The translations under genes and the position numbers were made by a program. From an uncultured Pseudomonadota bacterium (GTDB lineage Bacteria; Pseudomonadota; Gammaproteobacteria; Methylococcales; Methylomonadaceae), in assembly GCA_903870545.1 (NCBI GenBank), contig CAIQDI010000004.1:27848-91847 (forward strand): a stretch of 64,000 nucleotides of DNA, written 5' to 3'. The notes beneath the pieces were generated by a model. That model saw only the letters and a program-made list of their open reading frames with translations, had not been told where the DNA came from and did not search any database. Of this stretch, positions 11,088 through 19,165 are shown in pieces. Within the stretch, counting starts at the first letter, position 1. The number at the start of each line of letters is the position of its first letter.

Positions 11088-11152
11088 CAAAATAAAGTGC
11101 GTCAACATCACTAGGAGACACTTCATTTCGTGTGCCTCCTAACGATGTCAAC
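11088..11152 (-). terminator. Rho-independent terminator after the cysteine desulfurase gene
   Basis: On the minus strand, GUUGACAUC-GU-UAGGAGGCAC [10-nt loop] GUGUCUCCUA-GU-GAUGUUGAC forms about 19 bp of stem. It contains G-U pairs that only work on this strand. The stem is followed by CACUUUAUUUUG. Confidence 0.6.
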
Positions 11153-11163
11153 ACCTTGGAATT

Positions 11164-12912
11164 CTAAAAATCTTTACGACCTTTAATCTGTCTTACAGCG
11201 GTCACTAACCTGTCCACTTCGTCATGCGTGTTATAAAACGCAAGTGACGGACGCACCGTGGTTTCTAAGCCAAAACGGCGCAAAATCGGTTGAGCGCAAT
11301 GATGCCCAGCACGAACAGCAATTCCTTCTTGGTTTAACGCTTTGCCAATGGCGAGCGTGTCGTGACCTTTCAACACAAACGACAACACACTCGTTTTTTC
11401 TTTTGCCGTGCCGATGAGCGTTAAGCCATCAATACGACGCAAAGCCTCTATCGCATACGCCAGCAAATCATGTTCATAAACGGCGATGTTTTGAATGCCA
11501 ATTTTTTGCACATATTCCAACGCCGCGCCTAATCCCACCGCATCCGCAATGTTTCCTGTTCCCGCTTCAAACTTCGCAGGCGCAGGTTGATAAACGGTTT
11601 TTTCAAAGGTGACATCTTCAATCATGTTGCCACCGCCTTGCCAAGGTTGGGTCGCCTCAAGCAAATCGGCTTTGCCATAAACTGCACCAATTCCCGTCGG
11701 GCCAAAGATTTTATGACCCGAAAACACTAACCAATCACAATCTAACGACTGCACGTCAGCCGGAATATGCGACACCGATTGCGCGGCATCGAGTAACACT
11801 TTCGCGCCAACACGATGCGCCGCTTCAATGATTTCGTGCGCTGGCGTAATGGTACCGAGCGCATTTGACACTTGTGTGAACGAAACCAATTTCGTCTTGG
11901 AATTAAGCAACTTTTGGTATTCACCGAGCAAAATTTGACCGCTATCATCGACCGGAGCCACCCGTAATTTCGCGCCAGTGACTTCAGCCAATTGTTGCCA
12001 CGGCACAATGTTGGCGTGATGCTCCAACCAAGTGATAACAATTTCATCATCTTTGCCAATGTTTTGAATGCCCCAACTTTTAGCGATTAAGTTAATCCCT
12101 TCGGTTGTGCCACGCACAAAAATGATGTTTTCAGGCGATGGCGCGTTGACGAAATCCGCCACGGTTTGCCGCGCTTTTTCATACGCATCGGTTGCCCGCG
12201 CCGCTAACTCATGCGCCGCACGGTGAATGTTGGAATTTTCGTGTTCGTAAAAATACGAAACTCGATCAATCACCGATTGCGGTTTTTGCGTCGTCGCCGC
12301 GTTATCAAACCACACCAACTGATGACCATTCACCCGTTCATTGAGAATTGGGAAATCCCGACGCACCGAATGCACATCAAAAGCAGCATGCCGACTTTGC
12401 GGTTTAGGCAAATTTTTAGCGGGCGTGAAGGGCTGTTTTATTTCGTTCAAAAAATAAAACGGCGATTCGTGAGGCACCACGGCTGTTGCCGGTTCAAAAA
12501 TGTTGCGTGGCACAATCAGTTTTTGAATATCGATACCATTTGGCAACACAAAAGCTGGTGGTGATGCAACATTTAATCCCGAACTTAAACTACGCGGCGC
12601 GGCATTCAGTTCGGAAACATTGACATCCGCCGGCAAATCAAACGCATCGGGCGTTGGCGCATTTTGCCGCGAAGCTAAACTTCGCGGCGGCAAAATACCA
12701 CTGATATTTGACGTTGCGAAAGGTTGCAACGCCGTTGGCAAATCAGCTGGAAGTTGCGCTGGCGAAGGAGCGTGGGAAGCAACCGAATTGCCGCCCAAAT
12801 GCGAACCACCTGTTGGTAATTCAGCAAAAATTTCATTCGCTAATTTCGTCAACTGTTGCTCAAACGCGGCGGTATCTTGTGAATGTTGAGGTGTGAAATT
12901 ATTTATAGTCAT
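11164..12912 (-). CDS. Cysteine desulfurase (SufS/CsdA class V aminotransferase) with ~178-aa disordered N-terminal encapsulin cargo-loading extension
   Basis: Residues ~180-582 carry RRDFPIL, FDNAATTQKP, FSGHKIFGPTGIG (PLP Lys) and RAGHHCAQP (catalytic Cys loop). Residues 1-178 are Pro/Ala/Ser-rich and contain LTKLANEIF. The gene overlaps the encapsulin stop by 14 nt. Confidence 0.9.
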   Translation of the reverse strand: MTINNFTPQHSQDTAAFEQQLTKLANEIFAELPTGGSHLGGNSVASHAPSPAQLPADLPTALQPFATSNISGILPPRSLASRQNAPTPDAFDLPADVNVSELNAAPRSLSSGLNVASPPAFVLPNGIDIQKLIVPRNIFEPATAVVPHESPFYFLNEIKQPFTPAKNLPKPQSRHAAFDVHSVRRDFPILNERVNGHQLVWFDNAATTQKPQSVIDRVSYFYEHENSNIHRAAHELAARATDAYEKARQTVADFVNAPSPENIIFVRGTTEGINLIAKSWGIQNIGKDDEIVITWLEHHANIVPWQQLAEVTGAKLRVAPVDDSGQILLGEYQKLLNSKTKLVSFTQVSNALGTITPAHEIIEAAHRVGAKVLLDAAQSVSHIPADVQSLDCDWLVFSGHKIFGPTGIGAVYGKADLLEATQPWQGGGNMIEDVTFEKTVYQPAPAKFEAGTGNIADAVGLGAALEYVQKIGIQNIAVYEHDLLAYAIEALRRIDGLTLIGTAKEKTSVLSFVLKGHDTLAIGKALNQEGIAVRAGHHCAQPILRRFGLETTVRPSLAFYNTHDEVDRLVTAVRQIKGRKDF

Positions 12913-13829
12913 GGTAGTTGCCTACGTCGACATTTTCTAACACGCCCAGCGCGTCTTCAGTCAATACGGCTAGTGAAGAATAAAGCGAAACCAAATACGA
13001 CGCGATGGCGCGGTGGTTGATGCCCATAAAACGAACCGATAAACCCACACTTAATTCGCCCGCTAAATTAGGCTGATACAAACCCACCACGCCTTGACGA
13101 CTTTCGCCGGTGCGAATCAACAAAATGTTGGTTTTGCCATTCGTAACTCTTAACTTATCGGTCGGAATTAACGGAATGCCACGCCACGTTAGGAATTGTG
13201 AACCGAATAAACTCACCGTTGCAGGTGGTACGCCACGACGAGTGGCTTCACGACCGAAAGCCGCAATTGCCGCTGGATGCGCTAAGAAAAACGCAGGTTC
13301 TTTCCAAACACGCGCAATCAATTCATCCAAATCATCCGGCGTGGGCGAACCCAAAGCGTTGCGTGGTTGAACTCTGAAAGCCGGTGCCACGTTGTTCAAC
13401 AAACCGTATTCAGCGTTGTTAATCAATTCACTTTCTTGACGTTCTTTGATGGTTTCGATGGTCAAACGCAACTGTTCATTGGTTTGATTATGCGGACTGC
13501 TGTACAAATCCGCGACGCGAGTATGCACATCAAGCACCGTGTTCACCGCGTTCAAACGGTATTCACGACCCCATTCGTCATAATCTGCGAACGTTTGCGG
13601 CAAGATTTTTTCGTCCAAACTGGAGCAATCAACCGCTAAATCGGCGGCATTTTTCACTCTGTTGACGCGATAAATACCCGCTTCAACTGGCACCCACTGT
13701 AACAAATGCACCAACCAACGGGGGGGTGATGGTTGAAAGCTGTGGGACAGTTTTGGTTGCGTTGGATAAAGTACGCGCTGCAACATCACCTAATGCGGTA
13801 TGACTTTGACCTTCATGAATATCTGACAT
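12899..13829 (-). CDS. Family 2A encapsulin shell protein (SrpI-like, HK97 fold), reading frame interrupted by a 1-nt indel in a C7 run at 13720-13726
   Basis: The track ORF (12899..13789) contains PRWLVHLLQWVPVEAGIYRVNRV ... ERQESELINNAEYGLLNNV ... VWKEPAFFLAHPAAIAAFGREATRRGVPPATVSLFGSQFLTWRGIPLIP ... GESRQGVVGLYQ ... SVRFMGIN. ATG at 13829 has an AGGAAG RBS and encodes MSDIHEGQSHTALGDVAARTLSNATKTVPQLSTITP. That peptide joins PRWLV... only if one C of the run is removed. Confidence 0.85.
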
Positions 13830-13977
13830 GATTTTCTTCCTAAATTTAAAGTTAATGAATTAAATAATTAAGTTTTTTCCGACCTCCAGATCGGAAACTT
13901 ACAGCTTGGAACATCTACTTTCCACTTACCAGAAGCTGGAGCCTCTATCTGTCTACGCGCAACGTAGACGCGATTCT

Positions 13978-14907
13978 TTATATTCCTGTTCCATCGCTAA
14001 ACAATTCGTTGCGAGCTTTTGCTTGGGTGATATTACTGCCAGGCGGTACGCCATGCGTCAGCCAAACATTCCCACCAATGCTTGAACCTTTGCCGACGGT
14101 AATACGCCCCAAAACGGTTGCGCCCGCGTAAATTACCACCTCATCTTCAATAATGGGATGTCTCGGTTCACCTTTGACGATGATGCCGTCTTCGTCTTTG
14201 CGGAAACTTTTTGCCCCTAACGTGACCGCTTGATAAATCCGAACATGTTTCCCAATAATGGACGTTTCGCCAATCACCACGCCGGTGCCATGATCAATAA
14301 AAAAACTATTCCCAATTTGTGCGCCAGGATGAATGTCGATGCCTGTTACCGAATGGGCAATGTCAGAAATAATGCGAGCAACCAGCGGAACGCCTAATTT
14401 ATAAAGGATGTGTGCCAATCGGTGATGAATGACGGCTTTAATACCTGGATAACAAACCAACACTTCATAAGCCGCTCGCGCGGCGGGATCACCCTCGAAC
14501 GCCGCTTTAATATCACTGTCTAAATCTTCTCTGACTTCGGGTAAATGCGTGGCAAATTTTTGGGTAATCGCCACCGCTTTTTCATGGGATTCTTGGTCAG
14601 TAAGCGTCTCTGAAATAAATTGCAACTCGCATTGAATTTGCTTGTAGAGTTCAAACAGCACCGTATTAAGCGTGTGTCCCACAAATGAATCGATGCCTTT
14701 ATTATTCAAATCGGGCGGGCCTAAACGGCGCGGGAACAAGGCTGCGCCCAATCCGTCAATAATGGTTTCAAGTATCTTGCTTGACGGTAATTTCGGATTG
14801 CGTTGTTGTTGCGCTTCAAATATGTTCTGGCGCGACTGACGCAAGCGCACCACTAAATCATCAACGCCCCAATCTAATTCGATATTTTGATAGCTAAAAC
14901 TGCTCAC
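13978..14907 (-). CDS. cysE: Serine O-acetyltransferase CysE
   Basis: 309-aa ORF with an N-terminal SATase helical domain and a left-handed beta-helix with hexapeptide repeats ([31 protein letters not shown]). It has a 4-nt ATGA overlap with cysK. Confidence 0.9.
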   Translation of the reverse strand: MSSFSYQNIELDWGVDDLVVRLRQSRQNIFEAQQQRNPKLPSSKILETIIDGLGAALFPRRLGPPDLNNKGIDSFVGHTLNTVLFELYKQIQCELQFISETLTDQESHEKAVAITQKFATHLPEVREDLDSDIKAAFEGDPAARAAYEVLVCYPGIKAVIHHRLAHILYKLGVPLVARIISDIAHSVTGIDIHPGAQIGNSFFIDHGTGVVIGETSIIGKHVRIYQAVTLGAKSFRKDEDGIIVKGEPRHPIIEDEVVIYAGATVLGRITVGKGSSIGGNVWLTHGVPPGSNITQAKARNELFSDGTGI

Positions 14908-15884
14908 GCTACGTTACCTGCCGTTGCATCAAACACCCCTTCAAAAAGGGGCGAACTCAAATACCGCTCGCCAGAATCAGGGAGGATTACCACAATGGTT
15001 TTGCCTGCATTTTCAGGGCGTTTGCCCACTCGAACCGCGACAGCCACGGCAGCACCGCAAGAAATTCCGGAAAGAATGCCTTCTTCTACCGCAAGACGAC
15101 GGGCAAAAGAAATGGCTTCTTCATTGCTGACTTGTTCAATTTCGTCAATCAACGATAAGTCCAACACATCCGGTACAAACCCCGCACCAATGCCTTGAAT
15201 TTTATGCGGCCCTGGTTTTAACTGTTCGCCGGCGCGGTTTTGGGTCAAAACGGGGCTGGCTTCAGGTTCCACCGCAATTGAGACAATCGCTTTGCCTTGT
15301 GTTTGTTTGATATAACGCGAAACACCGGTAATTGTGCCACCCGTTCCGACACCCGAAACAAGAATATCAATTTCGCCGTCGGTGTCATTCCAAATTTCGG
15401 GACCGGTTGTTTGTTCATGAATCGCGGGATTTGCGGGATTTTTGAATTGTTGCAATAGTACATAACGATTCGGATCGGAGGCGGCAATTTCTTCGGCTTT
15501 TGCTATCGCACCACTCATGCCTTTTGCGCCTTCGGTTAAGACTAACTTTGCACCGTAAGCAATCAACAATTTACGTCGTTCTAAACTCATTGTTTCGGGC
15601 ATGGTCAATGTCAGTGGAATGCGTCTTGCAGCGGCGACAAACGCTAACGCAATGCCGGTGTTACCGCTTGTTGGTTCGACGAGTTCTTTGCCTTCACCAA
15701 GCAAACCACGTTTTTCGGCATCCCAAATCAATGCGGCACCAATTCGGCATTTAACAGAATAAGCCGGATTACGCCCTTCGATTTTTGCCAATATCGTAAC
15801 CGGCAAACCTTCAGCGATTCGATTGAGTTTAACAAGTGGCGTATTCCCGATAGAGCGAGAATTATCTTCGTACCAATGTGACAT
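14904..15884 (-). CDS. cysK: Cysteine synthase A / O-acetylserine sulfhydrylase CysK
   Basis: 326-aa ORF with the PLP-Lys motif [11 protein letters not shown], plus [10 protein letters not shown] and [11 protein letters not shown]. Confidence 0.92.
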   Translation of the reverse strand: MSHWYEDNSRSIGNTPLVKLNRIAEGLPVTILAKIEGRNPAYSVKCRIGAALIWDAEKRGLLGEGKELVEPTSGNTGIALAFVAAARRIPLTLTMPETMSLERRKLLIAYGAKLVLTEGAKGMSGAIAKAEEIAASDPNRYVLLQQFKNPANPAIHEQTTGPEIWNDTDGEIDILVSGVGTGGTITGVSRYIKQTQGKAIVSIAVEPEASPVLTQNRAGEQLKPGPHKIQGIGAGFVPDVLDLSLIDEIEQVSNEEAISFARRLAVEEGILSGISCGAAVAVAVRVGKRPENAGKTIVVILPDSGERYLSSPLFEGVFDATAGNVA

Positions 15885-16049
15885 AAAAATTCCTCTTAAA
15901 TTCAGAAAATGGTTGTAATTTGCTAGGGTATTTTCAAACTTTCAGCCGTCTTAAAACGTCTCAAAACTGGCAACGATTGTTTGCTCGGTGGTGATGTTGA
16001 GCAGAGTATAAAAATTTTTTTCCCCTTTTAAAATCAGTATTTTCAGATG

Positions 16050-16089
16050 GTAATATCTATATTGTTCATATCGAATGAATAGATATTAC
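16050..16089. promoter_or_regulatory. Candidate operator: perfect 11-bp inverted repeat GTAATATCTAT-N18-ATAGATATTAC in the divergent cysK/serC intergenic region
   Basis: The arms are at 16050-16060 and 16079-16089. The spacer contains a nested TTCAT/ATGAA pair. The site lies about 170-200 bp upstream of cysK and about 140 bp upstream of serC. Confidence 0.4.
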
Positions 16090-16229
16090 TATCTAATCTT
16101 GCTGTTTTACTTTGCAGCGGTTTCTTTCTAGTATTGGAAAAAGTGCGCTTCTAAAATCTCAATTGTATTGGGTTGACAAAAACGTATTTTTTTAAAAAAT
16201 GAATTTTTAAACAAATTTGGAGAAAAACG

Positions 16230-17312
16230 ATGAGTCGAGTTTATAACTTTGGTGCGGGTCCTTCGACATTGCCAGAATCCGTGTTGAAAAAAGCGCGTGA
16301 TGAATTGTTAGAATGGCATGCCACGGGAATTTCCGTGATGGAGATGGGGCATCACAGCAAGGAATTTGCCAGTATTGCTGAAAAAGTGGAAGCAGATTTG
16401 CGTGAATTATTAGTCGTTCCGCCCGGGTATCAAGTGCTATTTTTACCAGGCGGTGGCACGGGACAATTTGCCGCAGTGCCTTTGAATTTAGGACGAGATA
16501 ATCCGAAATTTGCTTATCTGCATACAGGACAATGGTCTGGAAAAGCCATTGTTGAAGCCAAACGTTATGGCGAGGTGCAAGTTGCCGCGAGTACAGAGCA
16601 GCAAGGTTTTACTTCTATTCCACCCCGCGCCGACTGGCAATTCGATTCGGATGTTGCTTACTTTCATTACACCGCAAACGAAACCATTAGCGGTGTCGAA
16701 TTTCAAAATCCACCCGAAGTCGGCGACATTCCACTGGTCGCGGATATGTCTTCAAATATCTGTTCTCGCCCGATTGATGTTAGCCAGTTTGGTGTTATTT
16801 ATGCGGGGGCGCAAAAAAATCTTGGCCCCGCAGGGATCGCCATTGTGATTGTACGCGATGATTTAATGGGTCATGCTCATCCCTTTACGCCTTCTATTTT
16901 TGATTACAAATTACAGGCAAACGCCCATTCTATTGTCAATACGCCACCGATATATAGTTGGTATATGCTCGGATTGGAATTGGAATGGTTGAAAGAACAA
17001 GGCGGTGTTGTCGCCATTGAAAAACAAAACATCCGCAAAGCTGAAAAAATTTATGCGGTCATCGATAACTCTGCGTTTTATTTGAACAAGGTTGATGCCG
17101 CTGTTCGGTCGCGCATGAACATCCCCTTTCATTTGGCAGACGACAATCTTGAACAAGCCTTTTTAACGAAAGCCAAAGAAAATGGTTTAGTGAATTTAGC
17201 CGGTTATCGAACCATTGGTGGATTGAGAGCCAGTATTTATAACGCGATGAGTGAAGAAGGTGTCGATAAATTGGTGGCTTTCATGCGTGAATTTGAACGA
17301 ACACAAGGCTAA
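16230..17312 (+). CDS. serC: Phosphoserine aminotransferase SerC
   Basis: 360-aa ORF starting MSRVYNFGAGPSTLPESVL, with GAQKNLGPAGIAIVIV (PLP Lys) and a GGAGA RBS. Confidence 0.95.
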   Translation: MSRVYNFGAGPSTLPESVLKKARDELLEWHATGISVMEMGHHSKEFASIAEKVEADLRELLVVPPGYQVLFLPGGGTGQFAAVPLNLGRDNPKFAYLHTGQWSGKAIVEAKRYGEVQVAASTEQQGFTSIPPRADWQFDSDVAYFHYTANETISGVEFQNPPEVGDIPLVADMSSNICSRPIDVSQFGVIYAGAQKNLGPAGIAIVIVRDDLMGHAHPFTPSIFDYKLQANAHSIVNTPPIYSWYMLGLELEWLKEQGGVVAIEKQNIRKAEKIYAVIDNSAFYLNKVDAAVRSRMNIPFHLADDNLEQAFLTKAKENGLVNLAGYRTIGGLRASIYNAMSEEGVDKLVAFMREFERTQG

Positions 17313-17456
17313 GTTTAGCCGTTATTTTGGGGGCTTCAAATTTAAACGGAGAGATTTTAGATTACGCTTTGCAAATTGATTTGTTTTGGAACCGGCGGAA
17401 TTTCTATCGAAGCCCCAAAAACTTATTTCAATAAAAGTTTGAGGATTTTAACCGTT

Positions 17457-17674
17457 TCATAATGCCGCAAAATCAAACGTTTCTTTGATGAATTCTCGAC
17501 CACGCAAAGATTCTTCAGCTAAAAAACGATTCGCATCCACAACCATTTTTATGGCTTCAAATAAATTTTTACGCGCTTCGTCTAACGTTGCGCCTTGTGT
17601 GTTTGCGCCTGTGTGTCTTCCACGAAAGCAAGATAACCTTCTGGCACTTTTTGAAAAACAGCGGTTAATTTCAT
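17457..17674 (-). pseudogene. hicB: HicB-family antitoxin, frameshifted
   Basis: ATG at 17674 (GGAG RBS) gives MKLTAVFQKVPEGYLAFVEDTQ. Another frame continues GANTQGATLDEARKNLFEAIKMVVDANRFLAEESLRGREFIKETFDFAAL*. The two halves join if 1 nt is added near 17608-17612. The total length of 218 nt is not divisible by 3. Confidence 0.55.
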
Positions 17675-17714
17675 TTCAACTCCAAGATAAACAATAACGG
17701 CGGTAATCCTACAC

Positions 17715-17753
17715 AAAAAAGCCCCGACGGCGTGATGCAATCGGGGCTTTTTG
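17715..17753. terminator. Bidirectional rho-independent terminator-like hairpin
   Basis: AAAAAAGCCCCGA-N13-TCGGGGCTTTTTG: an 8-bp GC-rich stem flanked by an A-run and a T-run. Confidence 0.5.
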
Positions 17754-17816
17754 TTTACGCAGCAATTTATCGAATTGATAATTTGCGTTTGTTGCCGATA
17801 AACTGTTTCATAACAA

Positions 17817-17909
17817 CTGATGTTACGCAGGCTTTAGAATAATTAACGGCTCTAGCGTGTCAATTTTTCTGTAAGTCGTTGATTCTTCGTTATCGGTGCG
17901 TAACATCAG
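17817..17909. repeat. Perfect 13-bp inverted repeat CTGATGTTACGCA ... TGCGTAACATCAG separated by 67 nt, just upstream of the lipoprotein gene
   Basis: The arms are at 17817-17829 and 17897-17909. A sigma70-like TTGATA-N18-TAAACT lies at 17775-17804, so the repeat would fold in the 5' UTR. Confidence 0.4.
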
Positions 17910-17934
17910 ATAACAACTAAGGAAACAAATAACT

Positions 17935-18327
17935 ATGAAAGTTTTTAAAAATAACAAATTACAGCGACTAGCTTCATTTGTATTAGTTCCGATTGTTTTA
18001 TCAGCGTGCGTCAAAGGAGCAACAACTAGGCTTGACCCGCAATCCTATAACTTAATTCAAGAAGGTACGATTTTACCTCAGAGTGGTTTAGCATTTTCAG
18101 TCTGTTTGTTAGATGGTTTTGATGGATTCAGAGGTTTTAGTAGGCAAACTCGCCGCACCAACTCTTATCGAGTGGATTTAATGGGAATGGGCGGTAGCTC
18201 TGTGATGCTTAGTGCCGATATTTTTGATGACGGTAAAATTAAGTTTTTTGAGAGTACATCTTCCATATTAAGTACCACAGAACCACAGGATGTTTTTAAA
18301 TCCTGCCTATCGAAGTATGCGAAATAA
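17935..18327 (+). CDS. Hypothetical lipoprotein
   Basis: 130-aa ORF with an AAGGAAA RBS. It has a signal peptide with lipobox LSAC (MKVFKNNKLQRLASFVLVPIVLSAC). Confidence 0.6.
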   Translation: MKVFKNNKLQRLASFVLVPIVLSACVKGATTRLDPQSYNLIQEGTILPQSGLAFSVCLLDGFDGFRGFSRQTRRTNSYRVDLMGMGGSSVMLSADIFDDGKIKFFESTSSILSTTEPQDVFKSCLSKYAK

Positions 18328-18360
18328 TAGTAAACATAGGAAACTGAATCAGTTGTGCTA

Positions 18361-18398
18361 TCAAAAAGCCCCAATTCGCATAACAGCAAATCGGGGCT
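18361..18398 (-). terminator. Terminator of the NTase/nuclease-like operon
   Basis: On the minus strand, AAGCCCCGAUU-loop-AAUUGGGGCUU is followed by UUUUGA, 15 nt after the stop at 18413. Confidence 0.5.
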
Positions 18399-18412
18399 TG
18401 TATAGATGTTGA

Positions 18413-19165
18413 TTAAATTTCTAACTGTTTCGCATAAGCATTCCAATCAATAGCTGGTACTGTACCTAAAGATTGTAATTTTTGAAGAAGCCTAAACAAA
18501 AAAAACATCAATGTATTTTGATTTGAACGTACAGTCAAAATTTTGTCAAAAGTATCAAACGATGCACCGCTCACAGCTAAACCACAATCCAGTTTTTGAA
18601 TTTCAGGCAATTTGTCATGAGTTTCTTTAAACGATTTTCCAAAATCATCAGCCCACTCAATATTGGTTGCTATAATTCCAGCGATTATTGAAAAAAGTAG
18701 TTTTGGTGGATATTCACCTCCTGCATGAGCAATTGGTACGCTTGTCCTGTTTAGTTTTCTAACAGATTCGGCTTTTTCACCTGCATATTTTAAATAGTTT
18801 TTGTCTATGTGAGGTTTTACTTCAAACACAGCATAAACTGATTCGACTGGAATGAAGCGGTGGTTTTGTTGGTCTAATAACGTTGGTGTGTACTGATTAT
18901 CAAAGATAACAACATCTATTTGATCGCTAGTTTTACCATCAGAGTCAATTATTATTCCAGTATCAACAGCATAGCGATCTGGCATATATCGTTTAATTAT
19001 TTCTATAAAGTGTTTCTCATTAACGTCACCCATAGTTCCATTGTGTGTTACTGACACACTCGACATTTCTAACTGTGTTTTCAACATTGCTTGTTGCATG
19101 GCAAAAGACTGTTGTAAAAAAGTTTTTCCGTCAATTTCAGACATCACTTTTGCTTTGCAACTCAT
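18413..19165 (-). CDS. PD-(D/E)xK nuclease-fold protein (DUF6602-like as I recall the family); putative effector of the upstream nucleotidyltransferase
   Basis: 250-aa ORF. The core is GDVNEKHFIEIIKRYMPDRYAVDTGIIIDSDGKTSDQIDVVIFDNQ ... FIPVESVYAVFEVKP, which gives the D ... D(V/I)xxxD ... E-x-K arrangement of restriction-endonuclease-fold enzymes. It has an ATGA overlap with the upstream gene. Confidence 0.6.
   Translation of the reverse strand: MSCKAKVMSEIDGKTFLQQSFAMQQAMLKTQLEMSSVSVTHNGTMGDVNEKHFIEIIKRYMPDRYAVDTGIIIDSDGKTSDQIDVVIFDNQYTPTLLDQQNHRFIPVESVYAVFEVKPHIDKNYLKYAGEKAESVRKLNRTSVPIAHAGGEYPPKLLFSIIAGIIATNIEWADDFGKSFKETHDKLPEIQKLDCGLAVSGASFDTFDKILTVRSNQNTLMFFLFRLLQKLQSLGTVPAIDWNAYAKQLEI

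Noticed and set aside
12899-13789. Taking the track ORF start (MMLQRVLYPTQPKLSHSFQPSPP) as the true encapsulin N-terminus
   Set aside because: That peptide is the conserved N-arm region read in the wrong frame. The proper N-arm, with an RBS, is in the adjacent frame upstream of the C7 run.
17485-17697. 70-aa plus-strand ORF
   Set aside because: It is antisense to the hicB-like reading frames, which have a clear family signature, an RBS and stop/start coupling.
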